A DNA stretch of 64,000 nucleotides from Octopus sinensis (Eukaryota). This document shows positions 25,980 to 39,008 of this stretch, one piece after another. The stretch covers positions 59,582,001 to 59,646,000 of the forward strand of contig NC_043009.1 in NCBI RefSeq assembly GCF_006345805.1, in the 5' to 3' direction. Within the stretch, counting starts at the first letter, position 1. Each line of letters begins with the position of its first letter. The notes beneath the pieces are model-generated. The model had not been told where the DNA came from. It searched no databases and saw only the letters and a program-made list of their open reading frames with translations. The position numbers and the translations under genes were made by a program.

Positions 25980-28900
25980 ATGATGCTTTCTGGCATCACC
26001 TTTCTTTGGAAGTGGTTAGTCTGGTTGTTCACTCTACACATCAGCTGCAGCTTAGCACAAACGACAATATCAATACAACTACCTTTCCAGTTCACACAGC
26101 CAATCTACAATGCCAGCATTTACGAGAACTCGGTGGGGAAAATCTATGTCCAATCAACGCGGAAAATGGGAATACCCGTCCGCGATTCCTCACTGGATGT
26201 TTCCTTCTCGATAATAAAACGAGATGATGATAGTATTTTTAAATTAGAAGAATTATTCATTGAAGACTTTTGGTTTCTTAGGATACGAACTAACACAGGA
26301 ATTCTCCCCGGAAAATTAAATCGGGAGCTTCATGATCATTATACCCTATACATCAAAGCCATGGCACAGAACCTGGCAGGCCTTATATTCGAGGCTGATG
26401 CTATTGTATATATATCTGTCCTTGATAGGAATGACTTAATGCCTATATTTTATAATCCTCGATACAATATAACGCTTAGTGAAGACACAGCAGTGCACAA
26501 ACGCATAACACGGGTGAGTGCATCTGATGCAGATATAGGAATAAATGCTGAAATCTATTACAGTTTTGTTGAAGCCACTAATACATTCGCTATCCATCCC
26601 ACAACTGGAGTTATCACACTCACACGCCCATTAAATTATCAGGAACGAAGCGAATATGAACTCGAGATCCTTGCCAGTGATCGCGGCCACAAAATCAGTC
26701 ATAGCCAGAGCATGTCACGAGGTCGTGCTAAATTGTTCGTCACAGTTCAACAAGTTAACTTATATCCCCCAGAATTCTCAGTTGAAAATTTACCATCTTT
26801 GGTGGAACATGGCAACATCGGAACTGTTTATGCCATTGTTCGTATTGAAGATCAGGATACTGGTAATAATGGCAAGTTAAATATGCCACAGATCATCGAT
26901 GGGGACCCCAATGGTTATTTCATGTTAAAAGCCGGTAAATCTCGAGAAGAATTCCTCATTATAGTCCAAGAAAACCTTGATCGAGAAGACAGCCCCGACG
27001 GTTTCAATTTAACCCTTTACGTTTCTGATCAAGGAACACCAAGTCTAAATTCTACAATAGTGGTCCCAGTGGACATTCAAGACATGAACGACAATTCTCC
27101 AGTTTTCAGTCAAGCCATTTACGAGGCCAGTATTGATGAGACGGCATTGGTCAATTCTCCTGTGATATTTATTAAGGCCGGAGATGCCGATGCTGGCAAA
27201 AATGCCAAAGTTCATTACACCATAACTGGCGGCAACGTAGATGGCTACTTCCAGATAGATCCCATATCTGGACTGATCACGACGGCGTCAGTGCTGGATG
27301 CAGAGACGGTATCTGATGTGGAACTTGAAGTGTGCGCCGAGGACGAAGCAAACTCTGGAGCCAGGAAAAGTGGTGCTGCAATTGTGCACATAGATATCAA
27401 GGATTGTAACGACAACACCCCAGTGTTTAACAGCACAGGTGATATCTTTTATGTGGATGAAAACTCTCCAATTAGTAGCATTGTCGGCCAGGTGACCGCT
27501 ACAGACATCGACAAAGACGAAAATGGCTATTTCAGTTTGACCATTGCTAATATCAACAAGGTACCATTTGAAATCGAACCATTTGCAGGGCATTTGAAGT
27601 TGACCCAAGTTCTTGATTATGAATCCATGAAGGACTCCTACATCCTCAAGATCCGTGCTTCCGACTGGGGCAGTCCATTTCGCCGAGAAGCAGAAACACA
27701 AGTTACAGTTAAGGTCCGCGATGTGAACGACAACAAGCCCCAGTTTGAAAGCCTGTCGTGCATGGTTTACGTGTCTTCGGACATCGAGAACGACACTGCC
27801 CTGTTGGTTGTTTCAGCCATTGACTTAGATATTACGAGTATTGTTAGTTACAGCATTGATAAAGGGAATGAAAAGAACTACTTCTCCATTCACACGGAAC
27901 GGGGCGATATATTTTTGAGTGTTCCGACAACTGAGTTGCTTGAGAGTAAATTCACTCTGGCCATTGGTGCAACAGACGGCGTTCATGCTGCCGATCCTAT
28001 GGAAATGACCGTTGTTATTGTAAATAAAGAGGAAGCAGATAGACAACTCTTAGACAACTCAGTGTCATACAGTTGCCAAAAATCTAATGCCACCAAAGTT
28101 CTTGAGAAAATGCTTTTAAAGAAGCAGAAAGACAACGAAAGTAACCAAGATTTAATGGCTGAAATGCCAGATGAATATCGGTACAACATCAACCCTCCAG
28201 AGTTTGCTTACGATATGCCGACTAATATTACCATCAGGGAAGATAAACCCGTCACTTTCAGCATCTTAGAAATCCCCGTTTCTGACAGTGACCCAGGCTA
28301 TAATGGTAAACTTACTTATGTTTTATCAAAGGGAAATGAGCAGGGTAAGTTTTCCATTAGTAACGAAGGAAAATTGTACATATTGTCTGAGTTAGACCGA
28401 GAGAAGAAGGATATCTATGAATTGGTCATCACAGCCGCTGACCTTGGCAAACCAAGCAAAACGGCTTCGAGAAATATCACTGTGACCGTCTTGGACGTCA
28501 ATGATTGCTCACCAGTTTTTGAAAGGAACCATTACGCTGTCAATGTATCAGAAAACATCAACCTCAATGCCACCATCACACAGGTTTACGCCACTGATGA
28601 TGACACGGGGCAAAATTCCGAGATTCGATATACCATCATATCAGACACTGACGAGTTCAAAGTCGACAACCATTCCGGAATAATCCGAGTGAATGCATTG
28701 TTGGATCGAGAAAGACAAGAGGTTTATAATGTTTTAGTCCAGGCCAGTGACAAGGGCTCGGAAATATCTCTGTCATCGACAACGACCGTGACTATACATG
28801 TAACAGATATAAATGACAATTTACCGAAATTCTCTCCAGAGATTTACGACATCAAGATCCGAGAAGACTTGCCAATTGGTGCTGTGGTAACCACGCTGAC

Positions 28901-29316
28901 GGCCTACGATCCAGATCTTGGGCCTGGTGGGGAAGTAACTTACAGCCTAATTTATGGCACAGATGGTAAATTTGAAATTGATGAAATTACAGGAACGGTG
29001 AGAGTGTCACAGAAATTGGATTTCGAACAGAAACAAGTATACAACATAACAGCCCAAGCTCAGGATAATGGCGATTCACCTCTTTTGTCATCATGCTTTA
29101 TCAACATCGAGGTGATTGATGTGAATGAGAATTTGTACCCACCTGTTTTTAGTACCTTCGTTGCTATCGGTTACGTTCGTGAAGACGAACCGATCGGCAC
29201 AGCTTTCATGCAAGTTTCTGCTACAGACGCAGATGCCCCGGAAGATGATCTTACACCTATAATGTATTCCATACGAGATGGTTCTGGATTAGGACGTTTT
29301 ACCATTGACAATAATG
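25980..29316 (+). CDS. FAT1: First coding exon of a Fat-like cadherin (FAT1/2/3 / Fat2-kugelei type): signal peptide, 9 complete cadherin repeats and part of a 10th (1112 codons + 1 nt, phase-1 intron follows)
   Basis: Uninterrupted ORF. Acceptor ttcttcttctactttcAG ends at 25965 and ATG ATG is at 25980. Hydrophobic signal peptide MMLSGITFLWKWLVWLFTLHISCSLAQ. Repeated cadherin Ca-binding motifs (LNRE/LDRE/LDYE/LDFE, DxNDNxP, AxDxD). The N-terminus FQFTQPIYNASIYENS...FLRIRT...LNRE and the end IRDGSGLGRFTID resemble vertebrate FAT1/FAT3 as recalled. Donor G|GTAAGT at 29316/29317. The symbol denotes the FAT1-3 co-orthologue group, not strict orthology. Confidence 0.95.
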
Positions 29317-30540
29317 GTAAGTCTTTCAAATTTTTCTCTTTTTCCTTATCTCTTTCTTGTCCCTTTTTTCTTTCAGCCTTTCTTTACTTCTATCTCCCCT
29401 TGTCTGTCCCTTCCTTTCTTTTGTCTTCAAAGTCCTTCTTTGCTCCTTTCTTTTCATTTTTATTTTAACTTCTTTAATATTACAGAGATGTACTTGCATA
29501 GCATGTGACTTGATCTGAGATCGTGTGCTGAAACAAAAAAACAATTACAGTGTGGAAAGTGTTTATAAGCCATTTAAAAACACACACAAAAAAAAAAAAA
29601 CATTTAGATTCACTTCAACATTTATATTTAAACTGTGTCAAAATATTTTCATCAGTTTGAAACTGCGACCTGTTCACTGACAAAACTTCATGCTAATATT
29701 GTTTTCATTATCTATTTTTGAATTTTGATCAGGTTGTATGATACTTCAAAATTATACATCTACCCAAATTATCAAAGCAAGTTCAAGTATTGAGTAAAAA
29801 CTGACCCTTCGAAGCTTTCTATTACTTTAGTTTTTTTTTTTTTTTTGGAAGTAGAGAAGGTGGGACGGTTCTGTGGCATCTGAAGGCCTCAGCTTACTTA
29901 GACTTGTATGGTTAATGTGGATAATGTTTTGTAAGATTAGCAAGGTGACTTGTACAGGTCTCAGTCCAAGATTGGGGAGATTGGTGTGGCTGATATCCAG
30001 ATTGAATATTCATAGAAACAACAGCAGTACCTTTACTGGAACAATTAAGCAACTCTGGAACAACGCCAGAGCAATTGTAGAGAAACACTTGAGCAACTTT
30101 AAGATAACATTAGAGTGGCTGAAGCAATACAAGACACTAGGGTCACTCAAGAGCAACATCGGAGTATCACTGAAGCAACTTAAGGGTAATGCTGAGGCAA
30201 CTTATGGGCAACATTGAAGCAACTTACGAGCAACATTTGAGGAGGAAGGAAAATGGTGCGCAGGATTGTGATGTGATTATGATCATTGTGATGATGCTAA
30301 TTAGGCTGGTAATGATATTGATGAAGAGGATTATAATTATGGGGGTGGTTAAAGACATGGGCATGGTTGTGGGGTTAATGAGTTCATTTCACAACCACAA
30401 TCTGCTGGCTTTGATTTCCCTGTAAAGATACCTAAACCAAGAGTATTTTATCATAACCCTTCGTTTGAATAATACTCAGGAGTAAAAATTTGGAAGGCAG
30501 AAATTCTATTGGGCCCAACTGTATGTAAGTGGATGTATAT

Positions 30541-31200
30541 CTCTCTTTTCATTTTTACTTGTTTCAATCATTTGACTGCGGCCATGCTGGAGCACTGCCT
30601 TTAGTCGAGCAAATCAACCCCGGGACTTATTCTTTGTAAGCCCAGTATATGTATCTGTGTACATATATTCTTTTATTCTTGTACTGGTTTCAATCATTTG
30701 ACTGCGGCCATGCTGGAGCACCGCCTTTAGTCGAGCAAATCAACCCCGGGACTTATTCTTTGTAAGCCCAGTATATGTATCTGTGTACATATATTCTTTT
30801 ATTCTTGTACTACTGGTTCAATCATTTGACTGCGGCCATGCTGGAGCACCGCCTTTAGTCGAGCAAATCAACCCCGGGACTATATTCTTTGTAAGCCCAG
30901 TATAGTATCTGTGTACATATATTCTTTTATTCTTGTACTGGTTTCAATCATTTGACTGCGGCCATGCTGGAGCACCGCCTTTAGTCGAGCAAATCAACCC
31001 CGGGACTTATTCTTTGTAAGCCCAGTATATGTATCTGTGTACATATATTCTTTTATTCTTGTACTGGTTTCAATCATTTGACTGCGGCCATGCTGGAGCA
31101 CCGCCTTTAGTCGAGCAAATCAACCCCGGGACTTATTCTTTGTAAGCCCAGTATATGTATCTGTGTACATATATTCTTTTATTCTTGTACTGGTTTCAGT
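30541..31200 (-). repeat. Minisatellite: about 5.2 near-identical 126-bp units derived from a SINE-A 3' end
   Basis: tttgactgcggcc recurs at 30571, 30697, 30825, 30951 and 31077 (periods 126, 128, 126, 126). Confidence 0.95.
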
Positions 31201-31370
31201 CAGGTGATTGTGGTCATGCTGGAGCACTGCCTTAAAGGGGTTTTTAGTCACAGAAATTGACCCCAGGACTCGTTCTTTGTAAGCTTAGTACTTATTCTAT
31301 CGGTCTCTTTTTGCCGAACCACTAAGCTATGTGGATGTAAATACACCAGGATCAGTTGCCAAGTGATGGG
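31190..31370 (-). mobile_element. SINE family A 3' half, diverged, abutting the minisatellite
   Basis: Continues past the unit boundary into cttattctatcggtctctttttgccgaacc. Confidence 0.8.
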
Positions 31371-31516
31371 GACGAGGGGGTGGGGGAGCAAGCACAAAGG
31401 CACATGCATATATGTGTGTATGTGTATGTATATGTATATATATGTATATGTATATATATGTATATTTATAAATGTATATGTGTGTGTGTATATATATATA
31501 TATAATAATATATATA

Positions 31517-31547
<31 letters not shown>

Positions 31548-31573
31548 TTATATATGTATATTGTGTATATATA

Positions 31574-31750
31574 TAAAAGCAGCAGAAATTCAACAAACAA
31601 CTGTTACTCTTGAGTATCACGTGAACTCAGAGTAACAGGTTTTGTTGAATTTCTGCTGCTTTTAAATAAAGCATATTACTCTACTCTACCCCTGGTATTT
31701 GAGTACTCTTTTTTCCACCTTGTTTCACATTTATGTGTTTACTCCGGTAT
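31574..31750. mobile_element. Penelope-type fragment with inverted 5' duplication (91-bp foldback at 31574-31664)
   Basis: Arms taaaagcagcagaaattcaacaaa...ctgttactc(t)tgagt and its reverse complement surround atcacgtga. The right arm and downstream sequence match 23237-23350. Confidence 0.6.
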
Positions 31751-32067
31751 ATATACATATATATAGGTATATGTATATGTATATATATATGTGTATGTGT
31801 ATATGTATATATATATATGTGTGTATATATATATATATGTGTGTGTGTATATATGTATATGTGTATATATGTATATGTATATATGTGTATATATATATGT
31901 ATATATATATATGTGTATGTATATATTTCAGAGAGCGACAAGTTCAAAACAAGCTATGTCCAGCTACTTAGTATAAAGTACTCAAACATAAGTCTGAGAG
32001 TAAATAAAATGTTTAATCCAATAATATATTTTTGTCAGACTAACCGCTAACAATTATGGATTAATTA

Positions 32068-32114
<47 letters not shown>

Positions 32115-32949
32115 CTCTCTTTCTCTCTCTCACTCGCTCTCTTTCACTCTCTCTTTCTTCCTCTTACCCTGGTCTCTCTTTCTCTGTCTTCTCTCATATA
32201 GAACTGCTTGGTGGACAGACAGTTCCAAAAAATATGAATTATTCTTGTGACCTTGTAGCTTTTTCTAATTTCTAATTTCTCGAACAGTCCAAGGATGGAT
32301 AATTATATTCCTCGTTTAAACGAGTCTTTTATAAATGAAGTGGCCCTAATTGGAAACCATTTTGATCAGGGTCATGCATGAAACCCTCGGTAATTTCTAC
32401 CAATTAGAAATTACGTGTGTGCGTGCCTATATTTGTATGTGTATGTATATATGTGTGTGTCTACATGTTTGTATGTGTGTGTATATTTGTATGTGCATGT
32501 ATATATAGATATGTGTGTGTGTTTATATGTATATATATCTATATATGTAGATATATGTATATGGATGTGATATATATGTGTATGCATGTGTGTATATATG
32601 TGTGTGCGTGTGCATGTATGTATCACATCTATGTGTGTCTGTATATACATATGTATGTATATCAATATATGCATGTGTCTGTATATGTATATACACATAT
32701 ATATATATATCTGTGTGTGTGTGTGTTGTGCATGTGTTTTTGTGTGCGGGTGTGTGTGTGCTTCTGATTGTTGTGGCGGTAGAGTAGAGTTATGGCATCA
32801 TAAATCTGTGGAATTGTGTTCGGATGTGTTACTGTAGACTTTAACATTCAGTTTCACTAGAAATTGTGTTGCCATTTAAAGTGTAAAAGCTTCCCCTGGT
32901 TTTTCTAAAGGTTTCTTTCATTTTGTACTGGGTGGTTATTACGCTTGAG

Positions 32950-33530
32950 ATATGTGGTGGTTGCGGCGGCGGCGGTAATGGTACTGGATGTTGTGGTGGT
33001 AGTGGTGGTGGTGGTGGTGGTGGTGGTGGTGGTGGTGGTAGTGATAGCCTTTACAATGGTTGTAGTTAGGATGCTGTTGCAATGGTGGCAATGGCAGTGG
33101 TGGTGGTCTTTTCTGATTCTTGAGGTTGCGTTGGTATTGGGCTTGTTGATGGTAAATGGTGCTGCAGTTGTTATAGGAATGGCGGTGGTGGTGGCAGTGG
33201 TGGTTGTAGTGGTAGTAGCGATGGTGGTAGTGGTGGTTTTAGTGGTGGTGGTGTCGGCAGCGATCATGGTGGTGGTTGTGGTGCTGGTGGTGCTGCTGGT
33301 GGTTGTAGTGGTGGTTGTGGTGACGGTGTTGGTGGTGTTGGTGGTGGTGGTGGTTGTAGTGGTTGTAGTGGTGGCGATGGTGGTGGTGGTGGTGGTGGTT
33401 GTAGTGGTGGTGGTGGTGGTTGTAGTGGTGTGTAGTGGTGGTGGTGCTGGTGGTGGTGGTTGTAGTGGTGGTGGCGGTGGTGGCGATGGTGGTGGTGATG
33501 GCGGCAGTGGTGGAATTGTGTTCATGATGT
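32950..33530. repeat. (GGT)n-derived tract of about 580 bp
   Basis: Directly visible. Confidence 0.95.
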
Positions 33531-33838
33531 GTTGTTGTTTAGCCCCAGGTCAGTCCTGATCGAGCAAGACTTCCGATGAAAGGCATTCCAGTCATAAATC
33601 TCCTATCTTGGTTGTTTCATTTTAGAAATAAATACTCTGTCTAGGACTATATCATCCAATGTAACCTATCTTCCAATATCGTAGTTATCAGTAGTGATGG
33701 CCATGGCAGTGGTAATGGGGGTGGTGGTGTTGTTGATGACAGTACTTGTTGCGTACTTGAGTACCAAAGAAAATAATCTCATTATTAACAGTTCTGGGTA
33801 TGGGCGTACTCATATTAGCAATAATTGTAGAATTATTA

Positions 33839-33882
<44 letters not shown>

Positions 33883-33884
33883 AT

Positions 33885-34295
33885 TAATGTTCTGAATTCA
33901 AATTCTGCCACAGTCAGCATTGTCTTTCATCCATTTGGGGTCGATGTAATAAGTACCAGTTACGCACTGGGGTCAGCGTAATCGACTATCGCCCTCCCCG
34001 AAAATTTCAGACCTTGTGCCTATAGTAGAAAGAATTATTATTATTATTATTATTATTATTGTTATTATTATTATTAAGGTGGCAACCTGGCAGAATTATT
34101 AGCATGGCAGGCAAAATGCTTAGCGACATTTAGTTCGTGTGTTCATTCTGAGTTCAAATTCCGCCAAAGTCGACTTTGCCTTTCATCCTTTCGGGGTCAT
34201 AAATTAAGTACCAGTTGTGTACTGGGGTCGATCTTATCAACCAGCCCTCTCCCCCAAAATTTCAGGCCATGTGCTTATAATAAAAAGGATTACTA

Positions 34296-34374
<79 letters not shown>

Positions 34375-34712
34375 GGCGGCAAGCTGGCAGAATCGTTAGC
34401 ACGCCGAGCAAAATACTTGAGGTATTTTGTCTGTCTTTACATTCTGAGTTCAAATTCCGCCGAGGTCAACTTTGCCTTTCATCCTTTCGGGGTCGATAAA
34501 TTAAGTACTATTTTCGCACTGGGGTCGATATAAGTGACTTAATCCGTTTGTCTGTTCTTGTTTGTCCTCTCTGTGTCTAGCCCCTTGTGGGTAGTAGAGA
34601 AATAGGTATTTTGTCTGTCTTTATGTTCTCAGTTCAAATTCTGCCGAGGTCGACTTTGCCTTTCATCCTTTCAGGATCAATAAATTAAGTACCAGTTGCA
34701 TACTGGGGTTGA
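33885..34712 (+). mobile_element. Cluster of family-B SINEs (33885-34035, 34075-34292, dimer 34375-34712) separated by (TTA)n
   Basis: Repeated core and tails, each followed by (tta)n. Confidence 0.85.
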
Positions 34713-34877
34713 GAGAGATAGAGAGAGAAAGAGTTTGTGTGTGTGTGTGTGTGAAATATTTAATCCATAATTGTTAGCAGTTAGTCTGACAAAATATATT
34801 ATTGGATTAAGCATTTTATTAATTTGTTCCAGACATCAACTTAATAAGGAAGGACAAAGTTACTTCACTAAATCCTT

Positions 34878-35211
34878 CATCATCATCATCATTGTCGTTG
34901 TCGTTTTACATCCGTTTTCCATGCTAGCATGGGTTGGACGGTTCGACCAGGGTCTGGGAAGCCAGGAGGCTGCACCAGGCTCCAGTCTGATCTGGCAGAG
35001 CTTCCACAGCTGGATGCCCTGCCTAATGCCAACCACTCCGTAAGTGTAGTGGGTGCTTTTTACATGCCACCAGCACAGGTGCCAGGGGAGTCTGGCAACG
35101 GCCACGTTTGGACGCTGCTTTTTACGTGCCACTGGCACAGGTATCACAACTACAATTTCTGTTTGATTTTTGATGTTTATGTACTTGACTCAATAGTTCT
35201 CCTCAAGCACA

Positions 35212-35265
<54 letters not shown>

Positions 35266-35627
35266 TCCTCTCCTTCTTCATCATCATTGTCATCTTCATT
35301 CTTATCATCATCACCATCATATACCATCAGTAACAGCCATCATCTGCGTCATTGTCCTGGTAAAATTTTCTCTACATAAATTGTCTTTGACTTTTCTGCT
35401 AGCTTTGCCATCATCATCATCATCATTATCATTATCATCATCGTTTAACGTCCGCTTTCCATGCTAGCATGGGTTGGACGATTTGACTGAGGAGTGGCTA
35501 ACCAGATGGCTGCACCAGGCTCCAGTCTGATTTGGCATGGTTTCTACAGCTGGATGCCCTCCCTAACGCCAACCACTCTGAGAGTGCAGTGGGTGCTTTT
35601 ACATGCCACCTACACGAGGGCCAGTCT
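34878..35627 (-). mobile_element. Two family-C SINE copies (34878-35215, 35410-35627)
   Basis: Homologous to 23655-24047. Confidence 0.8.
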
Positions 35628-36537
35628 GGAACAGAGGTACCTTATGTCAACAGAACTATGGTAACAAAAGTGTTAAAGAAAAATTTTAAATATTTATCTC
35701 CATCAGGCAATGCTTCATGTAAACTACACTACCTTACTATGTTTATATTAGTCTCAAGAATTTTCAACCCAAATTTCCAGTGCATCATTGAGGTTAGGGT
35801 ATCCTCAAAGCTGGAGGGAGAAAATACAGTACAAATCTCGAAAAAGTAACCTGATGCGAGTAACAAGGCGAAGATTGCAGATGGAACCATTAAACCAGCT
35901 GAGGCCTAACTTAAACATAAATAGTGTAAACATACTCTCTAACGATGCCGTTAATGCCCCGGAAAATTATAATTTTATTAACAACTACACATTGTAGACA
36001 TTTTGATATCTGATTATTTATTCATAATCTCCGGATTTGAACCGATGCTCTCATTCAAGCAGCGAATTAAGAACGGCAGTATATTACCATCGTTCATTAT
36101 TTACACGCCAGCACTGCCTATCGTTTATCATTATTCTTAGTCACGTCACTGAAAACTGTGTCTTCGAATTGACTCACTAGTGACACATTTTTGGCAAATA
36201 CCATCCATTAATTCCAGTCGCTTACGAGCTCCTCTGCAAACCGCAAGCACCACCACCACTGCCACCAGCATAACCTGCTGTCCATTCTTACTCTCTTTAT
36301 ACCCCAAGACTTCTAACTGAAATTATATACCATCACCACCACCACCACCAATAACAATAACATCACCACCACCACCACCAACAACAATAACATCACCACC
36401 ACCACCAACAACAACAACAACAACATCACCACCATCACACTGTTTTAGACTTACCAGTGTAATAATATTAACAACAATAACAATATTGATGTTTGAATAG
36501 GCCAAAGCATATGTAAATGCTGCTTCTGCTGCTCCTG

Positions 36538-36580
<43 letters not shown>

Positions 36581-37248
36581 ATTCAGTGATGCTTACATGG
36601 GTGCAGATGGTGGAAGCATTGGTGGTGATGGAACAGCTAGTAGTAGTAGTAGTAGTAGTAGTAATGGTGGTGGTGATAGTGTTGATATTAATTGCGGTGG
36701 TAGAGGCAGTGGCGGTATCGGTGGTGGTGGTGGTGGTGGTGGTGGTGGTTGGGGGAGGATGAGATATTGGTGTGGGTGGTGATAGCATTGATGTTTGGTG
36801 GTGCAGGGGTGTGCATGTGCGTGTGCATGTGTGTGTGTGTGTGGTGGATGAGGTGGTGGTGGTGGTGGTGGTGGTGGTGGGCGAGGCTGCAGTTTTTCAG
36901 CTGAGCCAAGAAAAACAACGATATTTGGCCAATATTTAATTTGAAACCACGAAATGCAATGCGAATACAACAGCAACAACAACAACAACAAGAGAAGCAA
37001 CAGCAACAGCCATGGCAGTGGGTGGGGATGGTGGGTGGTGAAGCGAGGAGTGGTGGTGGTGGTGGTGGTGGTGGTGTTGTGGTTTTGTAATTAGATTTCA
37101 TCAGTGCCAGTTTGCTGTTAGTTTGGTACATATTGCAATGACCCATCATCAATGAAAGATGAAGTCAACACGCATGGCATTTTGAACTGAGAATCTTAAT
37201 GAAACACTGCTTTTAACACTCCAGTGATTTTTGGTACACGGGACTATG

Positions 37249-37286
<38 letters not shown>

Positions 37287-37697
37287 CCTACGCAAAATAC
37301 TCTCTATGTAATCCCAAGGTTTAAAACAACTTTTTTTTTTTTTTTAATTTATGTATTAGACATTCACTAGTACAACACCCAAAAAAAAAACTCCAAATAT
37401 ATGGCACACTAGGCATAACAACAACGTGAACTTCCAACCTGTTGTCTCTTGAGGTCTCTGGGTGAGACTTGGAGCCAACTTGTACAGACATAAAGCAAAA
37501 GTCAAACATAGAATAATAATAATAATAATTGTTTCTACTCTAGGCACAAGGCCCGAAATTTTGGGGGAGTGGGGGCAGTCGATTAGATCGACACCAGTGC
37601 ACAACTGGTACTTAGTTTATTGAGAGAATGAACCATCTCCAGCACTCTCTCTATATGACCCAGGAGGGCCCATACCCTCCCTTTGCTACCATTAAGT

Positions 37698-38115
37698 AGT
37701 TTACTGAAACTTTGCCTCATGTGACTAGACTTGAGGTAAACACGAGCAGTTGAGATTTGAACTCAGAACGTATGCAGCTAAAAGCATTACTGTTGTTGCA
37801 TCAACAATTCTGCCATTCTCCCACCCACAGAGCAACATGAAACGAAGTGCTTTGCTCAAGGATACAACCCACCAATCGGTCTAGGAATTGAACCCACAAA
37901 CTAAGATGAAGTTTACTGAAACTTTGCCTCATGTGACTAGACTTGAGGTGAACACGAGCAGTTGAGATTTGAACTCAGAACGTATGCAGCCAAAAGCATT
38001 ACTGTTGTTGCATCAACAATTCTGCCATTCTCCCACCCACAGAGCAACATGAAACAAAGTGTTTTGCTCAAGGATACAACCCACCACTCGTCTAGGAATT
38101 GAACCCACAAACTAA
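37698..38115. repeat. Tandem duplication, two copies of about 212 bp, built from SINE-B and SINE-D head fragments
   Basis: agtttactgaaactttgcc occurs at 37698 and 37910; the copies differ by a few substitutions. Confidence 0.9.
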
Positions 38116-38585
38116 CAATTATGAGTTCCATTCTCTAACTACTAAGCCAGACACTTTCATAGAGTATGAAAATATGGAATAGAAACATGTAAACAATGTC
38201 TTGGCACTTTAAAATATTTTAAAATACCAAAATGTTTTGTTAATGGTCGAGCGACATATAAATGTTATTGATCATTTTATAGCCTGCAGTTTTTTTCTTG
38301 CAGCTTTAAAGAAATATGCTGCGCTAAACATAGATAGCATTTCTCTCGGCAAAAATATTTTGTTTATGAAAACTGCAGCATTCATCCTCCGGGGCGAACA
38401 GTAAGTTTCCAAGATTTGTTTTGGGGAAAAGAAAATTAGGATCCTCAATGTCAGGAAATATGCTATGTTCATGGCCCCTTAAACTGGATTGGAATTAGAA
38501 ATTTTATTTCGAAACTGAGAAGAATATTCTCATCTACTAGGCAATTAATATGTGTGTGCATATACATACACATGTGTATATTTAT

Positions 38586-38748
38586 AGGTGCAGGAGTGGC
38601 TGTGTGGTAAGTAGCTTGCTTATCAACCACATGGTTCTGGGTTCAGTCCCACTGCATGGCACCTTGGGCAAGTGTCTTCTGCTATAGCCCCAGGCTGACC
38701 AAAGCCTTTTGTGGGGATCTGGTAGATGGAAACTGAAAGAAGCTCATT

Positions 38749-38783
<35 letters not shown>

Positions 38784-39008
38784 TATATATATGTGTGTTT
38801 ATGTGTCTGTTTTTGTCCCCCCCACCCCCAACATCGCTTGACAACCGATGCTGGTGTGTTTATGTTGCTGTAACTTGGTGGTTCGGCAAAAGAGGCTGAT
38901 AGAATAAGTACTAGGCTTACAAAGAGTAAATCGTCCTGGGGTCAATTTGCTCAACTAAAGGTGATGCTCCAGCATGGCCGCAGTCAAATGACTGAAACAA
39001 GTAAAAGA
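38586..39008 (+). mobile_element. SINE family A, full length
   Basis: Homologous to 5837-6250. Confidence 0.9.

Noticed and set aside
29317-29468. C-terminal 50 codons of the 1174-aa ORF, and its first 12 codons from TTG 25944
   Set aside because: These are read-through into introns: a GTAAGT donor lies at 29317 and the acceptor at 25965; the extra residues are low-complexity F/S/L.
30541-31200. CRISPR-like repeat-spacer array
   Set aside because: The spacers are identical, the repeat is a SINE fragment and the host is a metazoan, so this is a tandem minisatellite.
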